Part shown: positions 18,646 to 28,458 of the stretch, piece by piece
Numbering within the stretch: the first letter of the stretch is position 1
Layout of the letters: every line of letters begins with the position of its first letter
DNA from: Candidatus Spongiisociaceae bacterium
Lineage (GTDB): Bacteria > Actinomycetota > Acidimicrobiia > Spongiisociales > Spongiisociaceae
Assembly (NCBI GenBank): GCA_965202665.1
Contig: OZ241841.1
Coordinates: 2,144,001 to 2,208,000 of the forward strand
DNA: 64,000 nucleotides
Direction: 5' to 3'
Notes under the pieces: model-generated
Told to the model about the DNA's origin: nothing
The model's input: only the letters and a program-made list of their open reading frames with translations
Databases searched by the model: none
Program-made: the position numbers and the translations under genes

Positions 18646-19760
18646 CACAGGTACGCCTCGACCAGCTGACCAAAATCTTCGACGAGAAGTCCGACCCGGC
18701 CGTGGACCGGTTCGACTTGGACATCGAATCCGGGAAACTGACCGCCCTGCTGGGGCCGTCCGGGTGCGGCAAAACCACCACCATGAAAATGATCGCCGGG
18801 TTGCTCCGCCCCACCTCCGGGGACATCCTGTTCGACGGCGACTCCATCGTCAACGTCGCCCCCGAGGAGCGGGGGGCGGTGATGGTCTTCCAGAACTACC
18901 TGCTCTTCCCCTATATGAGCATCGCCGACAACATCGGGTTTGGCCTGAAAATGCGGGGGGTGCCCCGCCGGGAAATCCGCCAACGGGTGGGGGACATGCT
19001 GGACTTGGTGCAACTGCCCGGCTTCGAAGGCCGCAAACCGAGCCAGCTGTCGGGCGGCCAGCAACAGCGCATCGCCCTGGCCCGGGCCCTCATCATCCAG
19101 CCCAACGTGCTCCTGTTGGACGAGCCGCTCAGCAACCTGGACGCCCACCTGCGGGACGAAATGCGGGATCTGATTCGGGGCATCCAAACCGAGCTGGGGA
19201 TCACCACCGTGTTCGTCACCCACGACCAGGAGGAGGCGGTGGTGCTGGCCGACCGCATCGCCCTCCTTTTCGAAGGCCGGTTGCAGCAGTTCGCCTCCCC
19301 CGACGCCTTCTACGAAAATCCTCTCAGCGTGGAGATAGCCAAGTTCTTCGGCGGCGCCAATTTCATCCCCGGGGTGAAAACCGGGGACGAGGTGGCCACC
19401 GAAGTGGGCACTTTTTCCGCCCCGCACGGGGTGGCGGAGGACGGACCGGCGGTGCTCAGCATCCGCCCCGAGGCGGTGGAGTTGGACGGCCGCGGCTACA
19501 ATTCGGCCCGGGGGGTGATCCGCTCCCATGTCTACGTGGGCCGTTTTTCCCGCTTCCGCATTTCCCTGGGGGAGTACGAGGTGGAGGCGGTGACCGAACC
19601 GGGCCGCGTGAAGGACTTTTCGGACGGGGACGAGGTGATGGTGCGGTTCGACCCGGACAAAATCTGGGTGCTGGGACCCAACGGCCCCCCCGCTCCGGAC
19701 GGCCCTCCCGCCCCGGACGGCCCCGCCTCGCTTCCCGCCCCTAGTCCGCTTGAGCCCTGA
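18642..19760 (+). CDS. ABC transporter ATP-binding protein (PotA-like, TOBE domain)
   Basis: GPSGCGKT, LSGGQQQR, LLLDEP, VTHDQ; C-terminal GPPAPD repeats. Confidence 0.95.
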   Translation: MTQVRLDQLTKIFDEKSDPAVDRFDLDIESGKLTALLGPSGCGKTTTMKMIAGLLRPTSGDILFDGDSIVNVAPEERGAVMVFQNYLLFPYMSIADNIGFGLKMRGVPRREIRQRVGDMLDLVQLPGFEGRKPSQLSGGQQQRIALARALIIQPNVLLLDEPLSNLDAHLRDEMRDLIRGIQTELGITTVFVTHDQEEAVVLADRIALLFEGRLQQFASPDAFYENPLSVEIAKFFGGANFIPGVKTGDEVATEVGTFSAPHGVAEDGPAVLSIRPEAVELDGRGYNSARGVIRSHVYVGRFSRFRISLGEYEVEAVTEPGRVKDFSDGDEVMVRFDPDKIWVLGPNGPPAPDGPPAPDGPASLPAPSPLEP

Positions 19761-20944
19761 CCGGGAGCGGCGCCCGGTGGGGCCTGGTTGCGGCCGGGTG
19801 GTCGGTTTACGCCTTCTACTACCTGGGGCGGGTCAATTTTTCGGCGGCGGTGCCCGGCCTGGAGTCGGAAATGGGCTTCACCCCCTCCCAGATCGGGTTT
19901 TTGGCGGCCGGGTTCTTCTGGGTTTATTCCCTGTCGGTGGCCCCCGTCGGCAAGCTGGCGGACCGCATCGGAACCCGCTGGCTGGTGGGACTGGGTTTGA
20001 CGGGAAGCGGCTTGGCCAACATCTGGTTCGCCTACGCCGGTTCTTTCGGCCCGGCTTTGGCGGCCTGGTCGGCCAACGGGGTTTTCCAGGCCATGGGCTG
20101 GACGCCGCTGCTGGGGGCGTTGCGCCGCTGGGTCCCCCCGGAGCGGGCCTCCCGGGTCATCGCCTCTTTCGGTTCCTGCTTCGTGGCCGGCACGGCCCTC
20201 GCTTTGGCCCTGGGCGGGGTCATCGCGGAACGGGCCGGGGCGCAACGGGTGTTTCTGGCGGCGGCGGCGGTCCTGATTCCCCTCGGTTTGGCGTGGTGGG
20301 CGGCGGTGCGGGATCCGATGGAGAAGCCGCGCCCGGCCCGGGCCGGGGCGGGGCCGGGGGCGCGCCGGGCGGTTCCGCTGTTGGTTCCGGCAGCGGCCAT
20401 CGGGGCCGTCTTCGTGGCCCTGGTGGTGTGGACCCCCGCCTACTTCGCGCAGGTCCACGGCCTGTCCGAATCCCGGGCCGGGGCCCTGTCGGCGGTTCTG
20501 CCCGCTTTGGCCGTCGCCGTCACTTTCCTGGCCGGCCGCTGGTTCCGGCGGGCGGAGGGGCCCCGGGCGGCGGCGGGGGGCGGGGTTCTGCTGGCGGCGG
20601 CCGCCCTGGCGTTGGCGGCGGCGGCCGGGGCCTCCGGGTTGGCGGCCGGTTTTGCGGCGATGGCGGCCGCCACCGCCCTGGTGGGCGCCGCCTCTTCGGT
20701 TACGCTGGGGCTGTTTCCCCGCCTGCTGGACGACGCGCAGGCGGCTTTCACCGGCGGTATTTTCGTGTTGGCTTTCAACTTGGGGGGCGGGGCGGCTTCG
20801 CCGGTGATGGGCCGCTTGGTGGAGCGGGGTTCCTGGAACCTGGCTTTCCTGTTCCTGGCGGCCTGCGCCGCGGCGGGGGCCCTTTGGACGGGGGGATGGT
20901 ACGCGAAGGCGAAGAGAAAAGGAGGAGCGGGCGATGAGGGTTGA
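19757..20944 (+). CDS. MFS transporter (GlpT/OPA-like N-terminus)
   Basis: The frame extends 31 codons upstream of the listed 19850 start and includes TM1 with YYLGRVNFS; GKLADRIGTR motif A. The start codon appears to be CTG. Confidence 0.8.
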   Translation: MTGSGARWGLVAAGWSVYAFYYLGRVNFSAAVPGLESEMGFTPSQIGFLAAGFFWVYSLSVAPVGKLADRIGTRWLVGLGLTGSGLANIWFAYAGSFGPALAAWSANGVFQAMGWTPLLGALRRWVPPERASRVIASFGSCFVAGTALALALGGVIAERAGAQRVFLAAAAVLIPLGLAWWAAVRDPMEKPRPARAGAGPGARRAVPLLVPAAAIGAVFVALVVWTPAYFAQVHGLSESRAGALSAVLPALAVAVTFLAGRWFRRAEGPRAAAGGGVLLAAAALALAAAAGASGLAAGFAAMAAATALVGAASSVTLGLFPRLLDDAQAAFTGGIFVLAFNLGGGAASPVMGRLVERGSWNLAFLFLAACAAAGALWTGGWYAKAKRKGGAGDEG

Positions 20945-22583
20945 CGACTGCGATCTGCTGGCCTTCGGCGGCTACCGGGAGATAAAAGACGGGTTCGCCT
21001 GGGACATCCCGGAGCGGATGAACATGGCGGCCGAGATTTTCGACCGGTGGGCCGACGACCGGCGCCGGGCGGCCCTGTACGTGGAGAAAGCCGACGGGCG
21101 GCGGGAGGTTTGGTCTTTCTGGAGCCTCATCCGTCTGGCGAAACGCTACGCTAATTTTCTGGCTTCGCTGGGGGCGGGGCGGGGCGACCGGGTGGCGCTG
21201 GTGATGCCGCAGGGGGCGGAACTGGCCGCCCTGCATCTGGCCGTCTATTCGCTGGGGGCGGTGGCCCTGCCCATGTCCAGCCTGTACGGGCCGGACACCT
21301 ACCGCCACATCCTGTCCGATTCGGGGGCGGGGATCATCGCGGTGGACGAGCGGTTCGCCGACCCCATCCGGTCCATCCGGGACGGCCTGCCCGATCTGCG
21401 CACGGTGGCGGTCGCCGGCCGCCCCGGCCCGGGCGAAGTCGGTTTGGCGGAGGCGGAGGGCTTTCCGCCCGCGTTTTCACCCGTCGATTCCGCCGCCGAA
21501 GACCCGGCCCTGCTGCTTTACACGTCGGGCAGCACCGGCCATCCCAAAGGGGCTTTGCACGCCCACCGCATCCTGGAAGGCTATCTGCTCACTTTCAAAC
21601 TGTTTTTCAACATAGAGTTCGATCAGTCCACCGTGTTTTACACCCCCTCCGACTGGGCCTGGGTGGGGGGCCTGCTGGACATTCTGCTGCCCGCTTTGCT
21701 GTTCGGCCATCCGGTGGTGGCCGACGAAAGCCGGTTTTCGGGGGAGCGGTCGTTTGAGGTGATGGCCCGCTACGGGGTGACGCACGCTTTTCTCACCCCC
21801 ACCGCTTTGAAGGTGATGGCCCAGGCGCCGGAGCCGGGCGCCGCCTACGACTTGGATGTGCGGGTCATCGCCTCCGGCGGCGAGTCGGTGGCCGACGAAC
21901 TGCACCGGTGGAGCGAACGGGAGCTGGGGGCGGTCATCAACGAGTTTTACGGGCTGACCGAAGTGAACCACCTGGTGGGCGGCTGTTCCGCTCTGTGGCC
22001 GGGGCGGCCGGGCTGGATGGGGCTTCCCTATCCGGGACGGGAGGTGGCGGTGCTGAACGAGGACGGCTCGGCGGCCGCCGACGGGGAAATCGGGGAAATC
22101 GGGGTGCGCCCGGGCGACCCCACCGGAATGCTGGAATACTGGGGCCGCCCGCAGGCCGCCGCCGACCGGGTGCGGGGCGGCTGGATCATGACCGGGGATC
22201 AGGCGGTGCGCGACCGGGACGGCTACATCCGGTTTCTGGGGCGGGACGACGACATGATTTCCAGCGCCGGCTACCGCATCGGCCCGGCCGAGGTGGAGGA
22301 ATGCCTGGTGCGCCATCCAGCGGTGGCGGAAGCGGCCGCCGTCCCCGCCCCCGACCGGTTGCGGGGGCAGGTGGTGAAGGCCCTGGTGGTGCCCGCCGAA
22401 GGTTGCGTCGGGAGCGAAGAGTTGGCGACTGAGTTGCAACAGCAGGTGAAGACGCAACTGGCCGCCTACAAGTATCCCCGCCTGGTGGAGTTCCGGGACC
22501 GCCTGCCCAAAACTTCCACCGGTAAGATAAACCGCAAAGTTCTAGCCGCCGCCGAGCGGGAGAAAGGAGACGACCATGCTTGA
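20934..22583 (+). CDS. acyl-CoA synthetase (AMP-forming)
   Basis: YTSGSTGHPKG, FYGLTE, TGD, GRDDD, GYRIGPAEVE, LPKTSTGK. Confidence 0.93.
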   Translation: MRVDDCDLLAFGGYREIKDGFAWDIPERMNMAAEIFDRWADDRRRAALYVEKADGRREVWSFWSLIRLAKRYANFLASLGAGRGDRVALVMPQGAELAALHLAVYSLGAVALPMSSLYGPDTYRHILSDSGAGIIAVDERFADPIRSIRDGLPDLRTVAVAGRPGPGEVGLAEAEGFPPAFSPVDSAAEDPALLLYTSGSTGHPKGALHAHRILEGYLLTFKLFFNIEFDQSTVFYTPSDWAWVGGLLDILLPALLFGHPVVADESRFSGERSFEVMARYGVTHAFLTPTALKVMAQAPEPGAAYDLDVRVIASGGESVADELHRWSERELGAVINEFYGLTEVNHLVGGCSALWPGRPGWMGLPYPGREVAVLNEDGSAAADGEIGEIGVRPGDPTGMLEYWGRPQAAADRVRGGWIMTGDQAVRDRDGYIRFLGRDDDMISSAGYRIGPAEVEECLVRHPAVAEAAAVPAPDRLRGQVVKALVVPAEGCVGSEELATELQQQVKTQLAAYKYPRLVEFRDRLPKTSTGKINRKVLAAAEREKGDDHA

Positions 22584-22971
22584 CGACCTGGCCCGGGAGT
22601 TGGCCTCCGGTCCCAACTTCGCTTCTTTGGCCACCATCCTGCCGGACGGGACGCCGCAGGTGCATCTGATGTGGGTGGACACCGACGGGGAGAACATCCT
22701 GATCAACACCGAGACGCACCGCCGCAAGTTTAAGAACATGACGGCCAACCCGGCGGCCACGGTTCTGATAGTGCATCGGGACAACCCGTGGCGGTACGCC
22801 GAGGTGCGGGGGGAGGTGGCGGGGACGGTGACCGGCCCCGAAGCCCGGGCCCACATCGACGAGTTGGCCCGCAAGTACCTGGGGGTGGACGAGTATCCCA
22901 ACCCGATCCAGTCGGAGCGGGTGATAGTCAAAATCGCCCCCCGGCGGGTTTTCACCCTTTCCCTGGGTTAG
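22576..22971 (+). CDS. PPOX-class (probably F420-dependent) oxidoreductase
   Basis: FASLATILPDGTPQV, RRKFKNM, NPWRYAEVRG, LARKY. Confidence 0.85.
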   Translation: MLDDLARELASGPNFASLATILPDGTPQVHLMWVDTDGENILINTETHRRKFKNMTANPAATVLIVHRDNPWRYAEVRGEVAGTVTGPEARAHIDELARKYLGVDEYPNPIQSERVIVKIAPRRVFTLSLG

Positions 22972-22978
22972 AGGCGGG

Positions 22979-23710
22979 TTGTTCTCCTACCATCCGGAGG
23001 TGCCGGCCCGGTTTCCTACCATCCGGGCCGGGGTGGCGCTGGCCGCCGGTTTGAGCAACGGCCCTTCCCCGCCCGCCCTGCTGGAACAATTTCGGGCCCA
23101 GCAACGGAAGACGCTGGCCGAACTGGGGGGCGCGCCGCTGTCCGAGGTTCCGTCGCTGGCCGCCTGGCGCCGGGTGTTCGCCGGTTTCGGGGTGAAGCCC
23201 ACCCAGTATCGAAATGCGGCCGAGGCCCTGTTGCGCCGCCTGACTAAACAGGGGGATATCCCGTCCCTCAACCTGTTGACGGATTTGGGAAATCTGGTGG
23301 CGGTGCGCCATCGTCTGCCGGTGGCGGTGCTGGACGCGGGTGCGGTGGCCGGATCTTTGACGGTGCGGTTCGCCGACGGTTCGGAAAGTTTCACCGGCCT
23401 GGGAGCGGGGGAGTCGTCCCCAGAGCCGGGCGAGGTGGTGTTCATCGACGAGGCGGGAACGGTGAGCGCCCGCCGCTGGTGCTGGCGCCAAAGCGCGGCC
23501 ACCGCCGCCGGCCCCGGCACCGAAACGGCCCTGTTCACCGTGGAAGCCCACCACGAAACCGCCGCCCCCGACACCGCCCGGGCCGTAGCGGACATAAAGG
23601 CCCTGTTGGAGGAACACCAACCAACCGCCCGTTGCCAAACCGCCCTGCTATCCCCCCAATCCCCAATATTCACCATTACCAAAAACGAAAATCAATCCCA
23701 AACCAGATAG
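22979..23710 (+). CDS. stand-alone B3/4 domain protein (tRNA trans-editing-like)
   Basis: AWRRVFAGFGVKPTQYRNAAEALLRR, GEVVFID, RRWCWRQS. Confidence 0.85.
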   Translation: MFSYHPEVPARFPTIRAGVALAAGLSNGPSPPALLEQFRAQQRKTLAELGGAPLSEVPSLAAWRRVFAGFGVKPTQYRNAAEALLRRLTKQGDIPSLNLLTDLGNLVAVRHRLPVAVLDAGAVAGSLTVRFADGSESFTGLGAGESSPEPGEVVFIDEAGTVSARRWCWRQSAATAAGPGTETALFTVEAHHETAAPDTARAVADIKALLEEHQPTARCQTALLSPQSPIFTITKNENQSQTR

Positions 23711-23814
23711 CCCCCTTTAGCGGGCGGCCCGGACAGGGACACGGCGCAACCCGAAAAAAATTTCACCTCCGCCAATAAACAGGAATGGCCTCCCTGACAA
23801 TTGCCCCGATTAAG

Positions 23815-23845
23815 TTGCCCCCCCCCCCCCAATTATGTGTATAGT
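23815..23845 (+). promoter_or_regulatory. candidate sigma70-type promoter with a C13 homopolymer between the -35 and -10 boxes
   Basis: TTGCCC (23815-23820) runs into C13 (23818-23830); TATAGT at 23840-23845; current spacer is 19 nt. Confidence 0.55.
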
Positions 23846-23871
23846 CACATTCAACGGGGAAGTGGATCTGT

Positions 23872-26800
23872 ATGACGACAAGCGAAACCGCTCAGGGCGC
23901 AATGATGGAAGGCGTCCATCGCCCTATGCCCGCGCTTGCCCCCAAACTGTTTTGGTTCCTCGTCGCCGTTGCCGTCGGTGCCACTCTCCTTCTAGCCGCC
24001 CCCCCTTCCCCAGCCCAGGAAACCACCCCCGAGACCGCGCCCGCAACTCCCACGATCACCCTAAGCGTAAACCAGACCAGCGTGACGGAGAGCAGTAGCA
24101 ATATTTCTATTTCCGTAACAGCGACGGCGAGCGAGGCGGTTTCATCCCCAACAACGGTAATGGTTGAAATAGGTAGAAACGATGATTCTGCGATGCGAGG
24201 AACAGATTATGCTTATGTAGCACCATTTCACATTATTATTGCGTCAGGGGGTATGACGGGAACGAGCAGTTTCAATTTGGCCAGTACCGACGACAATGTA
24301 GCGGGAGAGGGATCAGAGACCATCACGGTTTCCGGCACTGTAGCCGGTTTCACGGTTAACGGCACCTCCATCACTCTTGCGGATGCCGACACTGCGGTCA
24401 CCCTTAGCGTCGATTCAAGCAGAGCGGCTGAGAGCAGTGGTGATATTCCAATGACCGTGAAGGCTACCGTGGCCGTGGCTTTGTCATCAAATTTGGATAT
24501 AACGGTAAGTGTGGGAAGTAATCGTGATACGGCGGTGAGCGGGACAGATTATAAGGAGATAGGCGATGTTGTTATAACACTACTAGAAGGTCAAACGGAA
24601 ATCTCAACAATACTTAATCTGGCTGATACGGATGATAATATAGCAGGAGAAGGATCTGAATTTCTTACGATTACAGGTAGTAGTAGCGATTCTGATTTCA
24701 TCTTTGGTAGTGCTTCTTTCATTTTAACTGATGCGGATTCTCTGCCATCCGGTATTACATTAACGGCGGATACGAACAGTAGAATATCGGGTTTGCAACA
24801 GAACATAGAAGAAGGTAATGGGACAGTCACCGTTACCGTTACGGCTTCTTTCCCTGCTAACTACTCCACCGTTTTAGCTTATGATGTCAAAATTCGTATT
24901 ACAGGAGGTAGTTCGAGTGATAGTGCTTCTCCCGGAGCAGACTATAGATTGCCTGCTGGGTATGTTACTATTAAGGCTGGAAGCACTAGTTCGGTTGATA
25001 CTGCTTTTACTCTGACTGTAATAGATGACAACTATGCAGGTGAAGGCGATGAAATCCTAACCTTGTCTGGTTCCCACGCGACATTTACCGTTACGAATAC
25101 TACTTTGACTATCAAAGATAATGATGAAAAATCAACTACAATAAATTTGAGCGTTACGGGAAATGGAGTTGAAGGCGAATCAAAGAAAATAACTGTTACC
25201 GGTTCTTTCCCAGCCGGTTCCGCGGTTCTAGTGTCAAATACTTCTGTAAGCATTACTTTTGCTGGCACTGCTGATTCTAGAGGGGATTTTATAACAATAC
25301 TTCCGAAAACTCTAAACATCGCTAGTGGACAATCCAGCAGTTCAGTATCTTTCAATTTAACCGCAAAGGAAGATACTGTGGTTGAGGGTGCTGAGATCAT
25401 AAATGTTACTGGAACCGCTACTGATTTCTCCATTAACGGATCGAAGATTACGATTCTTGATAATGATCTCGTTTTAAGTATAGATACTGATGCTAATACT
25501 GCTGGAAATCAGAATACGATTGATGAAGATAGCGGTACTGCTACTGTAATGATTACTGCTAAATTCCTTGGTTCAGGTACTTTGGCTAAAAGCACAGCGG
25601 TATCTATTACAGTAGGAAAGGATAGCGATTCTGCTACTAAAGGCTCAACCAAAGATTATACTATAACGAGTTCCTTACCTGCTATAACTATTCCGGCAGG
25701 GAGTTCGCAAGTCTCGGCTACTTTTACATTTAGCATTAATAACGACACAGAACACGAGAAAGATGAAACTATAACTATTGTCGGCGGTGCTACAGGCTTT
25801 GTTATAGGCGATGTAGAGATGAATATACGCGATAATGACATTGGATTAAGTATTTCTCCCGAGTCTACATATGAGTTTGCCCAAAATGTAGAGTTTGAAG
25901 TAACAGCTGAACTTCCGTACGGTACAGCACCCGCTGGTGGAATCACTATTGGAGTTGTAATAGGCAAAAGTAGCGATTCGGCGACCACCAATTATTATAA
26001 GGTTGTAGGTGATGATTTTACGCTCACTATTCCACACACGAAAGCAAAAGGTTCTATTAGATTTAGGTTGAATTTAACGGAGGACGATACTATCATAGGG
26101 CCGGAAAAGATTTCTGTATATGCTAAATTCCAGGACTCTGATACCATAAATTCCAGTAAGTATGGTATCGATGAAACCTATATTCGAATAGTAAACTATA
26201 CAAGAATTCCCATATCTCTTTCTATTAGAGGTAGAGGTACAGGAAGCCTAACAGAAGTGGATGAAGGTAGTGATAATCGTATGTGGCTACAGATGAGAGT
26301 TAATGGAACACCATCTGTACCACATCGGGTACCTTTATCATATCGAGGCTCAGCTACATATAGGAATAGTAGCTCATCTGTCCGAGATCCTTTGGAGGAT
26401 TTCACAACTGTTGAACCAATACTGTGGTTAGCTCGATTTTCTTCTATTTCTACCATCGAATTTAACCTGAATGATGATGACCTAGCAGAGGGGCCAGAGG
26501 AATTTTCTGTACGGGCTATTTTTGGTTCTTATTTTTTTATTAGTAATACTATAAGAATTCTAGATAATGACGTTGCGCCTGATACCGTTTCTTTGAGCGT
26601 GGATTTGGACAAGGATACTGAAGGAAATCAGGATATAATTGGAGAGGGGGATGCCACCGTTGAGGTGAAGGTTACGGCCAGCCTGCCGACCGGGTCCAAC
26701 GCCTTCGGGTCGAATACCACCATCACCGTGATGGTGGAAGGGAAAGGAACCATCGGCAAAGCCGAGGCTACTGATTTCACTACAGTGGACAATTTTGATG

Positions 26801-28458
26801 TGATAATCCCGGCGGGGGAGGAAACCGGGTCGGGGACCTTCAACTTAACAATTACCGATGACAAGGTGGTGGATGTTACTCCGGAAACCATTACCGTGTC
26901 TGGTAGTACAACTCGTTCCGGATTGTCGGTCACCGGGGATACCATCACTATTAATTCCGATAACGACGTTGTCAGTGCGATCGCATTGAGCGTGGATACT
27001 GACACCGCAACGACAAACAAAGAGACTACAATCAACGAAGATAGTGATGAAAACAAAATCGAAATAACCGCTTCTTTAGGGGAGTTTAGTTTTGAAGGTT
27101 CATCTACTACTGTTGGCGTTACAATAGCAAGTGGAACTGCAACGATAAAATCGACGGATAACTCGGAATACGACTTTGCTGTGGACAGCAGTTCGCTTAA
27201 TATAACTATACCTGCTGGTACATCAAGCGGTTCAACTACATTTGATATTGTTACTAATAATGATCGTAAACTGGAAACGGTTACTTCAGGCTCCGGGGAG
27301 ACTATATTGATATCAGGTACTCTATCTGCCAATCCTGGTTTCAGCGTTACGGGAGCTACCATTGAAATTATTGACAATGAAGTGGCGGACTTGTTACCTG
27401 GTAGATGTAATGGAACTTATGTAACCAATACCGCACTATCCGATTTGGTCAAAGATTGCAAGATACTGATTGGTCTGAGGAATGCTTGGAGCCCTAATCT
27501 GTCTGACAGTCACCCTCTCAGAACTTGGGGAAATGGTGATAATACGGCCATCACAAGTTGGAGCGGTGTCACCATTTCCAATAACAGAGTAGGCGGGTTG
27601 GCTTTAGCAGGCAGTAGCACAAATGGATTTATAGAGGGTACAATCCCTATTAATTTATGGAAAATAAGTAAGCTGACTAATATCGATTTTTCTAATAATA
27701 ATTTGAGCGGAGAGATTCCCGTTCCCATTACTAAGTTACGTGGCCTTACCGCTTTAGATTTGTCTAATAATAGTTTAACTGGAGAAATTCCTGTTCGGTT
27801 TAGGATTTTGAGTAATCTTCGAACGTTAGATCTTTCCGGTAATATGTTGACAGGATCTATTCCTAGCCATCTTGGGGCTTTGACCAATCTCACTAGCCTG
27901 AAAATATCTAATAATCTGCTGTCCGGATCGATTCCTAATCGTATAGCTTCTCTGGTTAAGACATCGAATCAAGGTTTGAAGACCTTTTTCTTTTGCGATA
28001 ATAATCTTGAAGGGACGTGGCATACAAAACTTCAAAGAATAACATCGGATCTTAAGATGTCGGATTATGTCAACGATATTGACGTATGTCGTAGGTCTAT
28101 TGACTTAACCTTCGATAATCCGAGTGCTACTACCATACAAATAGGTGAGGGCAGTGGAACCGTAACAGTGACAGTTAAGGCTACCTTACATACATATAAA
28201 ACTACTCCGCCCAACGAGGATATCACAGTGAAAATAACCGTGGCAGGAGATTCGGCAACATCACCAGGCGATTTTACTGTGGATAAAACGGAGTTCAACG
28301 TGACAATAGAGAAAGACCAAATCAACAAAACGGCTACCTTTAGAATTACACTTGTAGATGATAATAGTGTTGAAGGGACTGAGAAGGTAAGTATATCTGG
28401 TGAATCTGATGGTTATGCGGTGAATGACACAGAGTTAGAGGTGACGGATAATGACTAA
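23872..28458 (+). CDS. large secreted Calx-beta-like repeat protein with a leucine-rich-repeat block
   Basis: Signal peptide ending SPAQ, repeated DSA..G.DY / DD...EG.E.I.V.G / I.DND modules, LRRs of LxxLxxLDLSxNxLTGxIP type at ~27400-28095. Mostly AT-rich. Start could be a later Met. Confidence 0.85.
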   Translation: MTTSETAQGAMMEGVHRPMPALAPKLFWFLVAVAVGATLLLAAPPSPAQETTPETAPATPTITLSVNQTSVTESSSNISISVTATASEAVSSPTTVMVEIGRNDDSAMRGTDYAYVAPFHIIIASGGMTGTSSFNLASTDDNVAGEGSETITVSGTVAGFTVNGTSITLADADTAVTLSVDSSRAAESSGDIPMTVKATVAVALSSNLDITVSVGSNRDTAVSGTDYKEIGDVVITLLEGQTEISTILNLADTDDNIAGEGSEFLTITGSSSDSDFIFGSASFILTDADSLPSGITLTADTNSRISGLQQNIEEGNGTVTVTVTASFPANYSTVLAYDVKIRITGGSSSDSASPGADYRLPAGYVTIKAGSTSSVDTAFTLTVIDDNYAGEGDEILTLSGSHATFTVTNTTLTIKDNDEKSTTINLSVTGNGVEGESKKITVTGSFPAGSAVLVSNTSVSITFAGTADSRGDFITILPKTLNIASGQSSSSVSFNLTAKEDTVVEGAEIINVTGTATDFSINGSKITILDNDLVLSIDTDANTAGNQNTIDEDSGTATVMITAKFLGSGTLAKSTAVSITVGKDSDSATKGSTKDYTITSSLPAITIPAGSSQVSATFTFSINNDTEHEKDETITIVGGATGFVIGDVEMNIRDNDIGLSISPESTYEFAQNVEFEVTAELPYGTAPAGGITIGVVIGKSSDSATTNYYKVVGDDFTLTIPHTKAKGSIRFRLNLTEDDTIIGPEKISVYAKFQDSDTINSSKYGIDETYIRIVNYTRIPISLSIRGRGTGSLTEVDEGSDNRMWLQMRVNGTPSVPHRVPLSYRGSATYRNSSSSVRDPLEDFTTVEPILWLARFSSISTIEFNLNDDDLAEGPEEFSVRAIFGSYFFISNTIRILDNDVAPDTVSLSVDLDKDTEGNQDIIGEGDATVEVKVTASLPTGSNAFGSNTTITVMVEGKGTIGKAEATDFTTVDNFDVIIPAGEETGSGTFNLTITDDKVVDVTPETITVSGSTTRSGLSVTGDTITINSDNDVVSAIALSVDTDTATTNKETTINEDSDENKIEITASLGEFSFEGSSTTVGVTIASGTATIKSTDNSEYDFAVDSSSLNITIPAGTSSGSTTFDIVTNNDRKLETVTSGSGETILISGTLSANPGFSVTGATIEIIDNEVADLLPGRCNGTYVTNTALSDLVKDCKILIGLRNAWSPNLSDSHPLRTWGNGDNTAITSWSGVTISNNRVGGLALAGSSTNGFIEGTIPINLWKISKLTNIDFSNNNLSGEIPVPITKLRGLTALDLSNNSLTGEIPVRFRILSNLRTLDLSGNMLTGSIPSHLGALTNLTSLKISNNLLSGSIPNRIASLVKTSNQGLKTFFFCDNNLEGTWHTKLQRITSDLKMSDYVNDIDVCRRSIDLTFDNPSATTIQIGEGSGTVTVTVKATLHTYKTTPPNEDITVKITVAGDSATSPGDFTVDKTEFNVTIEKDQINKTATFRITLVDDNSVEGTEKVSISGESDGYAVNDTELEVTDND

